From Candidatus Onthoplasma faecipullorum (GTDB lineage: Bacteria; Bacillota; Clostridia; Christensenellales; UBA1242), in NCBI GenBank assembly GCA_019120295.1, contig DWVI01000002.1:80869-144868 (forward strand): a DNA stretch of 64,000 nucleotides, in the 5' to 3' direction. A program made the position numbers and the translations under genes. The notes beneath the pieces are model-generated. The model saw only the letters and a program-made list of their open reading frames with translations, was not told the DNA's origin and did no database searches. Numbering within the stretch: position 1 is the first letter of the stretch; each line of letters opens with the position of its first letter. Below, piece by piece: positions 44,991 through 55,234 of this stretch.

Positions 44991-45842
44991 ATGAAGAAAT
45001 TTTTTAAATACCTTGTGATTATTTTGCTAGTGTTCGCAAGTGTTGGCGGAACTTGTTATTTCTTTTATAGGCATTTAACCAGAAGGCAAGATAGCCAAGC
45101 GTACATCTCCAATTATTTATATTCAAGTTCACGTGTTGAATTTAACGCACAAGTTGAAGATTTAATATCTGCAACTGGGGATAGATTTGTTAGTTTAAAC
45201 ACAACCAAAAGCAATTTAGACGAAATTTTATCCACCTTCAATAGTTATTTAATAAATGCAAAAAATTATGACGTTGAAGAAAATTCTATAATTGAAAGAA
45301 TGGATAATTACCTAAACCTTCAAAACGAAGTTAGTGGCATGATAACATCATATATGAACAGATTGTCTAGCCCTAGTTTCAACCCTGTTACAGGTGCAAA
45401 TGAAATTCTTCTTCAATTTAGCAATATGAATGTTGCGTTTGCAGACGCATTGATGTATATAGACGGCGAATTAGATAAAATGGAAATTGTTAAAAATGCG
45501 GACGTAAAATTTAGCATGATAGACTTATATCTAAATGTTGTTGTCACCACATTTGATAACACAGAAATAAATTCAAGTGGTGTTCGTGAAATAAGCAATA
45601 CAGATAGTATAAATCTAATCAACAACCATTTTAGATTGGAAAATTCAATGTTGGTAGTACCTAGCGACACAACATACTTTACAAGTTACAACAATAATTT
45701 TATTCTTCACTATGCTAATGTTGATAAAGCAAATTACGCAGAAAACTTAGCATTCAACTTAAATCAAGTTAGTGATTATAACGACAATTTAAGTGAAGTT
45801 CAAAAAACAAGTTATTATTTTAAAATGATATATAGGATTTAA
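44991..45842 (+). CDS. Membrane-anchored hypothetical protein
   Basis: The 283-aa product has an N-terminal signal anchor (KYLVIILLVFASVGGTCYFFY). No family was recognised. Confidence 0.6.
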   Translation: MKKFFKYLVIILLVFASVGGTCYFFYRHLTRRQDSQAYISNYLYSSSRVEFNAQVEDLISATGDRFVSLNTTKSNLDEILSTFNSYLINAKNYDVEENSIIERMDNYLNLQNEVSGMITSYMNRLSSPSFNPVTGANEILLQFSNMNVAFADALMYIDGELDKMEIVKNADVKFSMIDLYLNVVVTTFDNTEINSSGVREISNTDSINLINNHFRLENSMLVVPSDTTYFTSYNNNFILHYANVDKANYAENLAFNLNQVSDYNDNLSEVQKTSYYFKMIYRI

Positions 45843-45844
45843 TT

Positions 45845-46951
45845 ATGAAAATAAAGAGAGTTGTTTTGAGTATAATATTGTGTTTAGTCCTAGTGCCGGG
45901 ATTGTTCGTTTTTGCCGCCTGTGGTGACGACGAAAGTTATTCTCTCTCAAACCTATACACAGAATATTCAAACCTAGTTAATAAACATCAATACTTGTCA
46001 ACTAATGAAGACAATGAAATTGTGTTTAATTACGACGAAATAACATATCAAAACAACCAGTATTTCTCAAATGCTCTACTAACTGAACCATATATCAACC
46101 TAACAAGGTTTTATAACCCACTATTGAACAATTCTCTTTCATTCTTTTCAAGTTATGTGGAAAATTGTTCAACGGATAGGTTAATTGTTCCAGCAGAAGA
46201 TAGAAATTCGCTAAAAACTGCACTTGACGAGTTTGATAGCGCACTAACAACAACATATAACCAAACAATCAATATGGCGGACCTGCTCAGAACAGGCACA
46301 GATATTGAATCTAACGTACACATGATAAGGCTAAGCAATTTATTTGAATCATATGAAAATTTGTATGTTAAAGCATTCAATTTAAGCCATGAATTATCTA
46401 ACATCTACTTTAACTATGCCATAACAGATGCTAACCCTAACTATTCAGAACAAACACTTGAACAATTTGACGCATCGCGTGTTGTGGTAAATTTAAGAAG
46501 CAGGATCGAAAACCAGATTGTGAATTTAACGCAGTCTTATATTGAACAAAACGTTAGAGGGCTTAAACTATATTCAAGTTTTACAACTAAAGAAAATGGT
46601 AGTTATACAAGTATCCCAACATCTTTTAGTTCGTATCTATCTGATATTCAATCAATAGACGTAGAATTTAGTTCGAGCCTTGGTCAAACTATAAACACAA
46701 ATCCAACTAAAAGAGAAAAATTTTATCATGTTTCAATTGAATTATACAACATACAAGAAAGTTTAAATAATTTATTAGACGCATACCGAGTTGCCTGCAA
46801 TGAAATTGTGTACACAAGTATTATTTCAGATAGCAACGCAACCGATTATCAAAAAACATGTGCAAAAATTATTTCGGACTACTCTTCTCTAATAGACCAA
46901 AACACAACAGCATTACAAAACGCACTAGCAATTTTAACGGAGAACATTTAA
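45845..46951 (+). CDS. Hypothetical lipoprotein
   Basis: The 368-aa product has the lipobox FVFAAC. It starts 2 nt after the previous stop codon, and its own stop overlaps the gltX ATG (TAATG). Confidence 0.65.
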   Translation: MKIKRVVLSIILCLVLVPGLFVFAACGDDESYSLSNLYTEYSNLVNKHQYLSTNEDNEIVFNYDEITYQNNQYFSNALLTEPYINLTRFYNPLLNNSLSFFSSYVENCSTDRLIVPAEDRNSLKTALDEFDSALTTTYNQTINMADLLRTGTDIESNVHMIRLSNLFESYENLYVKAFNLSHELSNIYFNYAITDANPNYSEQTLEQFDASRVVVNLRSRIENQIVNLTQSYIEQNVRGLKLYSSFTTKENGSYTSIPTSFSSYLSDIQSIDVEFSSSLGQTINTNPTKREKFYHVSIELYNIQESLNNLLDAYRVACNEIVYTSIISDSNATDYQKTCAKIISDYSSLIDQNTTALQNALAILTENI

Positions 46952-48603
46952 TGACTGAAAAAGAATTCACTGAACTTGCAAATCTCTTATATCCTGGCAC
47001 TCAGGATATAAGTTTTTATTTAAACAAATATCCTAACAGACATGTTGCAGGAGAAGTAACACGCCTTGGCCCTAGCCCAACTGGATATTTGCATATTGGT
47101 CAAGTTTATCAATCTTTAATTCATAGAATGCTTGCAAATTCAACTAATGGAATTTTTTATTTGCGCTTAGAAGATACAGATAATAAACGTGAAGTTGAAA
47201 ACGCGGGCGTTATCGCCTATGATATGTTGGTTAATCTAGGATTAACGCCAGATGAAGGTTACCGCGGAAAACTTCCTGAAATTGGCAATTACGGACCATA
47301 CAAGCAATCTGAACGTATTGAAATTTACAATGCTTTTGCGCGAGAATTAGTTAAACGCGGGCGCGCTTTTCCATGTTTTTGCAAAGATAGTGAAAATTTA
47401 GAAGAAATCAAACGAAAACGCGAAGAAGAATTAAATGAAAATGATAGTTTAACTGATTATGACCCGTGCAGGACCTTAACCCTTGAAGAGATAAAAGAAA
47501 ATTTAAAGCAAGGAAAAAAGTTTGCGCTTCGCTTGCTTTCAATAGGTGATAGCACTAAAACACACGAGTTTGTGGACGCAATTAAAGGCAAAAAAGAGTT
47601 GAGAGAAAATGCTCGCGACGACGTGCTTATAAAATCAAACGGTATTCCAGTTTATGCTTTTGCCCATGTTGTGGACGACACACTTATGCACACTACAATC
47701 ATAGTTCGCGGTCAAGAATGGTACCAGTCTTTACCTGTTCACATTGAATTGTCACGTGCGTTTGGTTTTAAACCATTCAAATATGCACACACTCCAAACA
47801 TTTGCGTGTTAGACGAAAATGGAAACAAACGAAAAATTAGTAAACGTAAAGATAGTTTCGCAGACGTTCGTTTCTTCTTAAACAAAGGTTACCCTATTAA
47901 TGCAATTATTGAATATTTATTAACCTTACTTAATAGCGATTTTGAGTTGTGGCGAAAAAATAATCCAGATTTACCTTACACCAAGTTCCCATTTAGCCTT
48001 AAAAAAATAGGTGTAACTAACCCATTGTTTGATTTTATGAAGTTGGACAACATCTCAAAAACAATAATTTCACGTTACACCGCTGGAGATGTATATGATA
48101 GCGCAATTAATTGGGCGCACGAATGGAACAAAGAAGATTTAAAAGTTTTGGAAGAAAACAAAGATGTTTTACTAAAAGTTTTATCAATTGACCGCGGTGG
48201 AGACAGACCGAGAAAAGACATAACATATTTTAGTGAAATATTATCCTTATACGATTATGTTTTACCTAATTTTAAATTAGCCGAAGCAAATATTGATAAT
48301 TTAGATAAAGACAATGTAAAAAACTTTATAAATGAATACTCAAAACAATTTACACAATTTGCAGATAACAGCGAATGGTTTGAAAATTTAAAGCAAGTTG
48401 CAAGTAAATTTAATTTTGTGGATAATAAAACTTACAAGCAAAATCCTGAAATGTTTGCCGGAAATATAACAGACGCATCAAAACTTGTCCGACTTGCAAT
48501 AACCGGTAGAACTGATAGCCCAAATCTATTCGAAATAATGAAAATATTGGGCGTAAATGAGTGCGAAACTAGATTAAATGATTTTATTATAAAAATTTAT
48601 TGA
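46951..48603 (+). CDS. gltX: Glutamate--tRNA ligase
   Basis: The class I HIGH motif PSPTGYLHIG and the KMSKS-type KISKRK are present. The start was set at MTEKEF (46951), because the upstream part of the tracked ORF overlaps the preceding gene. Confidence 0.88.
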   Translation: MTEKEFTELANLLYPGTQDISFYLNKYPNRHVAGEVTRLGPSPTGYLHIGQVYQSLIHRMLANSTNGIFYLRLEDTDNKREVENAGVIAYDMLVNLGLTPDEGYRGKLPEIGNYGPYKQSERIEIYNAFARELVKRGRAFPCFCKDSENLEEIKRKREEELNENDSLTDYDPCRTLTLEEIKENLKQGKKFALRLLSIGDSTKTHEFVDAIKGKKELRENARDDVLIKSNGIPVYAFAHVVDDTLMHTTIIVRGQEWYQSLPVHIELSRAFGFKPFKYAHTPNICVLDENGNKRKISKRKDSFADVRFFLNKGYPINAIIEYLLTLLNSDFELWRKNNPDLPYTKFPFSLKKIGVTNPLFDFMKLDNISKTIISRYTAGDVYDSAINWAHEWNKEDLKVLEENKDVLLKVLSIDRGGDRPRKDITYFSEILSLYDYVLPNFKLAEANIDNLDKDNVKNFINEYSKQFTQFADNSEWFENLKQVASKFNFVDNKTYKQNPEMFAGNITDASKLVRLAITGRTDSPNLFEIMKILGVNECETRLNDFIIKIY

Positions 48604-48748
48604 TATTATGATATTATTGTATTGAAAAAATCTTTAAACATAATTTAATAAAAAACTTTTATAAATCGTTTGACTAAATCTGTCAAAAAAGGTTAAACTA
48701 TTCATATATAAAAATTATTTTTTATATAAATCAAATTAGGAGGAAAAA

Positions 48749-49477
48749 ATGAAATTAACAAAAACTAAAAACATTATTATCACTTTAATTACTGCTGTTA
48801 TGTTACTTGCTTCTGTGTTCGTTTTATCCGCTTGTGGAAATGACGAACCAAAACCTAAAACAATTGAAGTTTCAACTGAAGAACAATTAGTAAGCGCTAT
48901 TTCAGGTGATGCTGATATAGTTAAACTTACAGATAATATTGTTGTTGAAAACACTCTTCAAGTATCAAGAACTTTTACACTTGACTTAAATGGCAAAACT
49001 ATCTCAAACGAAACAAACATTTACAATTTAGATACAAATTCTTGGTCTATAATTTCTGTTAGAGCAAATGGTAACTTAACTGTTACAGGTAACGGAACTA
49101 TCCATGCGCTTGAAAATGACTGCTATGCTTGTGACGTAATTGACGGTGGCAAACTAGTTATAGAAAACGGAAGATTTATTGGTAATATTAGTGCTGTGTA
49201 TGTTTACGAAGGAACTGCTGAAATTAAAGGCGGAGAATATTCCATTCAACAACTTAGCGATGACGGAAATAGTGATTATAGATTTACTTTAAATATCCGA
49301 GGTTCAAATCTTGAAAATTCAAAGATAACAGTAACTGGTGGAACATTCCATAACTTTGACCCAGCAAACAATTTAGCTGAAGGTCCTAACACTAGTTTCG
49401 TACCAGAAGGTTACACAACTCAATTAAAAGTCAACACTAGTGATGTTTATGAAGTTGTTGTAGCACCACAAGAATAA
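48749..49477 (+). CDS. Lipoprotein with beta-helix-like repeats
   Basis: The 242-aa ORF has an SD (aggagg) and the lipobox LSAC. The segment EEQLVSAISGDADIVKLTDNIVVENTLQVSRTFTLDLNGKTI resembles the start of the beta-helix in the protein encoded at 37926. Confidence 0.65.
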   Translation: MKLTKTKNIIITLITAVMLLASVFVLSACGNDEPKPKTIEVSTEEQLVSAISGDADIVKLTDNIVVENTLQVSRTFTLDLNGKTISNETNIYNLDTNSWSIISVRANGNLTVTGNGTIHALENDCYACDVIDGGKLVIENGRFIGNISAVYVYEGTAEIKGGEYSIQQLSDDGNSDYRFTLNIRGSNLENSKITVTGGTFHNFDPANNLAEGPNTSFVPEGYTTQLKVNTSDVYEVVVAPQE

Positions 49478-49630
49478 TAAAATAAAAAGAAGTGAGCTAA
49501 ATAGAAGTGAACCCCAAAGGTATCCACTTCAAATTCACTTCTTTTTTTATTTTTGTTATTTTTATTTCTTAAATTGTAATAAAATTGTTTATTAAAAATT
49601 TTTAATATGTTTTTTCTTTGAATTAAAAAA

Positions 49631-49651
49631 GCCCTAATTAAATATTAGGAC
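49631..49651 (-). terminator. Terminator after rplA
   Basis: On minus the sequence reads gtcctaat-attta-attagggc followed by a T-run. Confidence 0.8.
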
Positions 49652-49662
49652 TTTTTATTTTA

Positions 49663-50355
49663 TTATTTGTTTTCGCTGTAATTTATTTTTATGCTTGGTC
49701 CCATAGTGGTTGAAGTGTAAACAGATTTGATATAAGTACCTTTTGCTGCTGCTGGTTTAGCTTTAATAATAGCACCCATAACAGTGGTTAAGTTATTAAA
49801 CAATCTATCTGCTCCGAAACTTACTTTACCAATACGAACGTGAATAATGTTTTGTTTATCAAGACGATATTCAACTTTACCTGCTTTAACATCATTAACA
49901 GCCTTAGTAACGTCCATAGTAACAGTACCGCTCTTTGGATTTGGCATTAAACCTTTTGGTCCAAGGATACGTGCGCAACGACCAAGTGCACCCATCATAT
50001 CAGGTGTTGTGATACAGACGTCAAAGTCTAACCAGTTACCAGACATAATTTTTGCAATAATATCGTCGTCACCAACAATATCCGCACCTGCTTTTTTTGC
50101 TTCTTCTGCTTTGTCGCCTTTTGCAATTACCAAAACGCGCACGGTTTTACCTGTTCCTTCTGGAAGAACAACCACACCACGCACTTGTTGGTCTGCGTTA
50201 CGACCGTCAACGCCAAGTTTAACGTGCAATTCAACTGTTTCGTCAAACTTTGCTTTGCTGGTAGCCACAACTGTTTCCATGGCTTCTTTTGCATCATACA
50301 TTTTGGTTTTATCAACTAGTTTTGCGCTCTCAATATAATTCTTACTTCTTTTCAT
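49663..50355 (-). CDS. rplA: 50S ribosomal protein L1
   Basis: The 230-aa product begins [21 protein letters not shown] and contains ...[20 protein letters not shown]..., typical of L1. Confidence 0.97.
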   Translation of the reverse strand: MKRSKNYIESAKLVDKTKMYDAKEAMETVVATSKAKFDETVELHVKLGVDGRNADQQVRGVVVLPEGTGKTVRVLVIAKGDKAEEAKKAGADIVGDDDIIAKIMSGNWLDFDVCITTPDMMGALGRCARILGPKGLMPNPKSGTVTMDVTKAVNDVKAGKVEYRLDKQNIIHVRIGKVSFGADRLFNNLTTVMGAIIKAKPAAAKGTYIKSVYTSTTMGPSIKINYSENK

Positions 50356-50779
50356 TGTAGCCCTCCACTGTTACACCCATGCTTCTGCAAGTTCCAGCAA
50401 TCATGCTCATAGCAGTTTCAATACTGCTTGCGTTTAAATCTTGCATCTTTGTTTCAGCAATCTTTCTAAGTTGTTCGACTGTTATTTTTCCAACTTTATT
50501 GCGGGATTTATCGCTTCCCTTTTCAATTCCTGCTTCCTTCATAATAAGGTCCGCTGCAGGTGGCGCTTTAAGGATAAATGTGAAAGACCTATCCTCAAAA
50601 ATTGTGATAACACAAGGGATCATGTAACCCACTTGGTTAGCAGTTCTGTCGTTAAATTCTTTCACGAAACCTGGAAGGTTAATACCATGTGGACCAAGTG
50701 AAGAACCTACTGGTGGTCCTGGAGTTGCCTTGCCGGCTGGAAGTTGAATTTTAACAACGGCTTTGATTTTCTTTGCCAT
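50342..50779 (-). CDS. rplK: 50S ribosomal protein L11
   Basis: [34 protein letters not shown]... is a canonical L11. The start was set at the second Met (50779). The gene overlaps rplA by 14 nt. Confidence 0.95.
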   Translation of the reverse strand: MAKKIKAVVKIQLPAGKATPGPPVGSSLGPHGINLPGFVKEFNDRTANQVGYMIPCVITIFEDRSFTFILKAPPAADLIMKEAGIEKGSDKSRNKVGKITVEQLRKIAETKMQDLNASSIETAMSMIAGTCRSMGVTVEGYNEKK

Positions 50780-50987
50780 AAATTCTCCTTTTCTTACGGC
50801 GTGGTTAAATTGAGTTCGACTATACTCTCCCACGTAAAATCTTTCTCTCTTTAAGGCTGATGAATTTCCTAATTTTTTTAACTACACTCAAACTGAATTT
50901 ATAATTTATTACTTATTTAAAATTTAATTTATCTTAAAATTTAATTTTATTTAAATTTAATCGTTTCTTAATTTTAGGTTAATTTAA

Positions 50988-51545
50988 TTACTTTTTAACT
51001 CTAATTTGGTTGAAACCAAGTTCAACGTCGCTCTCTCTACCAAACATTTCAACAACGGCGGTAACTTTTTTATTTTCATTATCAACCGCTTTAACTGTTC
51101 CAACGAAACTTGAAAGTGAGCCTTCAATGATTTCAATCATATCACCAACTTTAACGTCAAGGTCAAGTTTGGCTTCCGTGTTAGCGCTTGTGTCCACACT
51201 AAGGCGCCTTGCTTCTTCGTCTGTGATATTAATAGGGCGACCTTTTGGTCCAACAAAACCAGTGATGTACATAGTACGAGTAACGGCGTGCCAAATATCG
51301 TCGCCATAAATCATTTTAACAAGCATGTAACCTGGCATAATCTTCTTTGGAACAAGCACTTTTTTGCCACGTTTTTCAACCAATTCGTCTTCCATAGGGA
51401 TAACAATTTGCAAAATGCGGTTTTCCAAACCATATTTTTCAATAGTGTTTTCCAAATTTTGTTTAGCCACGTTTTCATAACCTGAATACACTTTTAAAGC
51501 GTACCACTTTGGTTCTGTATCAATATTTTTATCAACTATTGCCAT
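50988..51545 (-). CDS. nusG: Transcription termination/antitermination factor NusG
   Basis: The 185-aa product has KWYALKVYSGYENVAKQNLE..., and a KOW motif lies near the C-terminus (GDMIEIIEGSLSSFVGTVKAVD). Confidence 0.95.
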   Translation of the reverse strand: MAIVDKNIDTEPKWYALKVYSGYENVAKQNLENTIEKYGLENRILQIVIPMEDELVEKRGKKVLVPKKIMPGYMLVKMIYGDDIWHAVTRTMYITGFVGPKGRPINITDEEARRLSVDTSANTEAKLDLDVKVGDMIEIIEGSLSSFVGTVKAVDNENKKVTAVVEMFGRESDVELGFNQIRVKK

Positions 51546-51557
51546 TTTCTCTCCTTA

Positions 51558-51968
51558 CTACACCAAAAGACTTGTTAACCATGAGCAAAGCCTATCGAAA
51601 CCGAACAACACTAATGCAAACACAATAACAAAAACCAATACCACACTAGTTTGCTTTACAACTTGCTTAAATGACGGCCATTCAACACGTTTTAATTCGT
51701 TACCAGTGTCCTTCATAGCTTTAGCAACCTTGTTTGGTTTTTTAGGTTTGTCTTTATCTTTTTTCTTTTTAACGTCCTTAGCCTTTACTTCAACAACCTT
51801 TTCTTTTTTTGTATCTTTCTTTTCTGTTTCGGTTGATTGTGTTTCGCTCACATTTTCAACCACATTTTCATTTTCTAGAACGTCCACGTTATTTTCAACA
51901 ACGCTTTCTTCAACCTTTGCTACGTTTTTATTAACTTTCTTTTGTGAATTTTTCTTCTTTTTAGACAT
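51558..51968 (-). CDS. secE: Preprotein translocase subunit SecE with a long Lys/Glu-rich N-terminal extension
   Basis: The C-terminal 55 aa (ELKRVEWPSFKQVVKQTSVVLVFVIVFALVLFGFD) are SecE-like. The frame is open from the ATG at 51968, which has an agggg SD only 6 nt after the rpmG stop codon. This gives an ~85-aa charged extension. Confidence 0.75.
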   Translation of the reverse strand: MSKKKKNSQKKVNKNVAKVEESVVENNVDVLENENVVENVSETQSTETEKKDTKKEKVVEVKAKDVKKKKDKDKPKKPNKVAKAMKDTGNELKRVEWPSFKQVVKQTSVVLVFVIVFALVLFGFDRLCSWLTSLLV

Positions 51969-51979
51969 ATTCACCCCTA

Positions 51980-52150
51980 TTATTTAGTTTCTTTGTGTGC
52001 GGTTGTTTTTCTGCAAGTAGGACAAAATTTCTTAACTTCTAATCTTTCAGGATTGTTAGCTTTATTTTTAGATGTGTTGTAATTTCTATTCTTGCATTCA
52101 GTACATTCTAAAATGATATTTTCTCTTTTAGTTTTTGCCTTTTTAGCCAT
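51980..52150 (-). CDS. rpmG: 50S ribosomal protein L33
   Basis: I translated the frame by hand as [56 protein letters not shown] (56 aa, with CxxC...CxxC). It is below the length cutoff of the ORF track. Confidence 0.85.
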   Translation of the reverse strand: MAKKAKTKRENIILECTECKNRNYNTSKNKANNPERLEVKKFCPTCRKTTAHKETK

Positions 52151-52337
52151 TTTTCTCTCCTTTTAACAAAAACAAATTTAAATTTGTTTTAAAAGTGCTT
52201 TTAAACCCAAAAAACAGATTTAAAAAACACCCCGAACCTGGTGTTATGTTTAGGTTAACACAAAAAACTCAAATTGTCAACACAAATTCAAATATTTTTT
52301 AAATATTTATTATAAATAATAAAAAAGAGTAGGTGGA

Positions 52338-52922
52338 CTACTCTTCTGTTATTTCGCTTTCGTCTAAGACTTCGGTTTCTTTAACTTCTTCGCTTTCAGA
52401 TTGGTTTAAGTCTTTTTCAGATTTTTCTTCGATTTTTTCTTCTTGCTTTTTGTTTGGTTTTTCTTCTAGGCTTCCATTGGTTAATTCTTTTGCTTTTTTA
52501 GGTGTTTTGTTACGTTTTTCGTTACCAAGCATTACTTCTATAAAACCAATTTTGATGCCTTTTAAATCGGTGAACAAGCGCATAAACACATAGCATAAGA
52601 AAATTAAGCCAAGTGCAGTTAAAACATTTTGCAAAATCAAAAATGCATTTAACACGCGAACGTTTGAAACGCCAAATTCAAACACAATGTAAATCATAAA
52701 TTCAAATAACACAAAGAAACAAACTACGCAAAACATATCTTTAATTCTGTTTTTTACAAATTCGTCTGTTAAAAGGAAAAACAAAAGTACTGCAAAAATA
52801 GTGAGCATTGCAACAAAACTAATTCCAACCCCGCCAAAGAAATTAAGCAAGGTTCTAAAACTTACAACTATTGCAGAAAAGATAAGCAAAAGAATGTAGG
52901 ACAATTTTAAATTTTTAGACAT
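52338..52922 (-). CDS. Hypothetical membrane protein with an acidic C-terminal tail
   Basis: The product has about 5 hydrophobic segments and a tail rich in E, K and S. The start was taken at the ATG at 52922, which follows an aggag SD. A terminator hairpin overlaps the stop codon (52320-52346). Confidence 0.6.
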   Translation of the reverse strand: MSKNLKLSYILLLIFSAIVVSFRTLLNFFGGVGISFVAMLTIFAVLLFFLLTDEFVKNRIKDMFCVVCFFVLFEFMIYIVFEFGVSNVRVLNAFLILQNVLTALGLIFLCYVFMRLFTDLKGIKIGFIEVMLGNEKRNKTPKKAKELTNGSLEEKPNKKQEEKIEEKSEKDLNQSESEEVKETEVLDESEITEE

Positions 52923-53094
52923 ATTCACTCCTAATCAAATAAACGTCTCTTTCGAAACTTATAAACTCGTATATTTTATTATATCATTACAAATCACATT
53001 TTGCAACCTAATTTTTAAGATTTTGGCACGTTTTAGACGAATTTAAACCTAAATATTGTATATTTAACGAAAAATATAACCATTAGGAGTAAGT

Positions 53095-53259
53095 ATGAAT
53101 GAAGAGATGTTAGACCTTGCCCTGCAAAGAATTGCAACGCTTGAACAAAAGTTGGAAAAATATTACCAGTTATTAAACGTTGAAAACGAACTAGGTTTTA
53201 TCTTAAAAGGCACATACATATTAGAGAGTGATATTGAAAACATTTTAGAAGGAGAATAA
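53095..53259 (+). CDS. Small (54 aa) coiled-coil-like hypothetical protein
   Basis: An aggag SD (53085-53089) lies 5 nt before the ATG. The translation is MNEEMLDLALQRIATLEQKLEKYYQLLNVENELGFILKGTYILESDIENILEGE. The stop codon is 3 nt before the next ATG. It is below the ORF-track cutoff. Confidence 0.35.
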   Translation: MNEEMLDLALQRIATLEQKLEKYYQLLNVENELGFILKGTYILESDIENILEGE

Positions 53260-53262
53260 AAA

Positions 53263-53763
53263 ATGACAGCATTAGAAGAATTAAAACAGGAACTTATCAA
53301 TCAAAAAAATGCAATAGAGGATAAAGGCGGAACAGTGATTGTTGCAAACACCTACCCAAGCCCAGCAGAAATCACAGCAGGAATTAAAACAATACCGACA
53401 ACATCAACCAGTTCAAGTGGACCAAGCGTCACAGTTGCTTCAACCACTTCTCAAAATCAAAATTATACCCAAAATTTGGACTTTTCCACAACATCAACTA
53501 ATTTATCAACAGATAACTCTTCAAACATTAGTGAATATATTGAAAGTGGCAAAACGCTTGATACTAAAACAGACCAATCCCTTGAAACAACTGAAAATTT
53601 AACAGACGAAAATAAACAAAATATAACCCAAAATTTAAGCGAAATTTCTATAAATGAAACAAATGAAAATTTAATTCCAGATAGTGGCGAAACGGTTGAG
53701 TTAGAACCAATCACAATAGAAAATCAAAGCACTGTGTTTTCTTCAAATATTGTAAATAGTTAA
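53263..53763 (+). CDS. Hypothetical Ser/Thr/Asn-rich protein
   Basis: The 166-aa ORF is coupled to the preceding small ORF. The C-terminal two thirds are low complexity. The stop codon overlaps the convergent vanW-family stop codon. Confidence 0.45.
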   Translation: MTALEELKQELINQKNAIEDKGGTVIVANTYPSPAEITAGIKTIPTTSTSSSGPSVTVASTTSQNQNYTQNLDFSTTSTNLSTDNSSNISEYIESGKTLDTKTDQSLETTENLTDENKQNITQNLSEISINETNENLIPDSGETVELEPITIENQSTVFSSNIVNS

Positions 53764-55127
53764 GCCACATTTTCATTTAAACCCAATAAATCCCCTAAAA
53801 GAGCGGAATTGTCCGTTCTTTTTTTAGTGCCATAAACTTTAATTGCGTTTTGCACTTTAAATTTATCGTCGCGAAGAAGTTCACGCGAAACGAGTTTTCC
53901 ACCGTCATACTTTTCACGATATGATTTTACTTCCATGCCACGACCACCACGGCGAAGATAAAAATATTCGTCGTCGTACTCCACTTTGTCTAGGTATTCT
54001 TGCGCATTATCGTACTTTATTTCAACTTTTGGTTCGGTTATTGAAACAATTTCATTGGTAAGTTTATAGTTCACTCCGCCTAAACTTTCTCCAAAAATTC
54101 GAATACGTGCCGACTTTGACGAATAATTTGTTATAATTGTGATTTTTTCGTTTGTGTTATTTCTAAACTTTAAATCACTGCTTCCAAAATTGACCATGGC
54201 ATCAAACCCATATTTAACATAACCTATTTGCTTTGAATGTTTGTTTGCTTCGATTATTTCAAGCCCTGAAAGTAGCGCGCTGTTATAAAGTGTAGTTGAA
54301 ACTTGGCAAACTCCGCCACCAATACCATCAACAAATTCATTGTTCACTATAATTTTTGCCGTTCTATAACCATTGCTTTTTGTTCTTCTTCCAACCGTTT
54401 TATTAAATGAAAAAACTTGATTTGGTGCTATTTCCACCCTATTTAGCGAATTAAGCGCGTTTTTTATGTTGTGTTTTCTATCCGCGGACGAGTTTGATAT
54501 ATCTGTTGAAAAATCGGCACGCAAATTTGTGAATTTTTTTAAGTCTGCACCAATCACACTTGGCAACAACTTTTTAATAGGCACTTCAATTTTCAAGTCT
54601 TCGCCATTTAAAAATCTGTTGGATAAACGCGAATACAATTCAACTCTATCAAGTTCAATTCCAACCACTTCGTTTTGAATAATAAACACTTTATTTGTGT
54701 TTTCGTTTATTTTTAAACTAGCATTGCGCGGTTTTACTTGGATATTTTTTTCAAGTTTTTTTATCACCGCATCTAAATTTGGATAAATATAGTTTAGTGC
54801 AACGCTTTTATCAAAACCAGCGCCTAGCATATGTTTAAATAACTTTTTTCTTTCTTCTTTACTTGAAAATCTATTATATTTGTTTATTTCATAATTTAAA
54901 TCAAACTGCGGGCTAGATTTAATGTTATCTATTAGTTCATAACCAAACACGCGCCCATTATATGTAAATTCCACTTTTTCATTATCTAGGCAATAAACTT
55001 TTCCAACACTTACACACAGAAAACTTAGCATTACCGCAACCAAAAAACAAAAAATGACCAAAACTTTAAGTTTATTTTTACCATTGTTTAAAAGGAAAAT
55101 TTTGTTATGAATACTTTTATTTACCAT
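53760..55127 (-). CDS. VanW-family protein (YoaR-like)
   Basis: The 455-aa product has an N-terminal TM anchor and the VanW core (GGGVCQVSTTLYNSALLSGLEI). A G5-like C-terminal segment is also present. Confidence 0.85.
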   Translation of the reverse strand: MVNKSIHNKIFLLNNGKNKLKVLVIFCFLVAVMLSFLCVSVGKVYCLDNEKVEFTYNGRVFGYELIDNIKSSPQFDLNYEINKYNRFSSKEERKKLFKHMLGAGFDKSVALNYIYPNLDAVIKKLEKNIQVKPRNASLKINENTNKVFIIQNEVVGIELDRVELYSRLSNRFLNGEDLKIEVPIKKLLPSVIGADLKKFTNLRADFSTDISNSSADRKHNIKNALNSLNRVEIAPNQVFSFNKTVGRRTKSNGYRTAKIIVNNEFVDGIGGGVCQVSTTLYNSALLSGLEIIEANKHSKQIGYVKYGFDAMVNFGSSDLKFRNNTNEKITIITNYSSKSARIRIFGESLGGVNYKLTNEIVSITEPKVEIKYDNAQEYLDKVEYDDEYFYLRRGGRGMEVKSYREKYDGGKLVSRELLRDDKFKVQNAIKVYGTKKRTDNSALLGDLLGLNENVA

Positions 55128-55234
55128 TTAACTAAACCTTTCTTATTATGTGCTAAAAGTTAAAAAAAATGTAGAATTTTGTAATAACAAAAAATCTACA
55201 TTTAAATCTTAAAAACACAGATAATTTTAGTATT

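Noticed and set aside
333-50833. The 48 kb between rplJ and rplA as a genomic island or mobile element
   Set aside because: Composition looks the same as the flanks. The content is largely core (mfd, pth, gltX, sufCB, ttcA, spoIIID). No integrase, transposase, tRNA target or flanking direct repeats were seen.
51951-52935. An identical 17-nt cassette (gtgaatatgtctaaaaa) at the starts of secE (51968) and the membrane-protein gene (52922), with a similar ggtgaatatg at 58502
   Set aside because: It is explained by the same SD-spacer-ATG arrangement followed by Ser-Lys-Lys/Asn codons in an AT-rich genome. There is no extended similarity beyond 17 nt, so it is not a repeat element.
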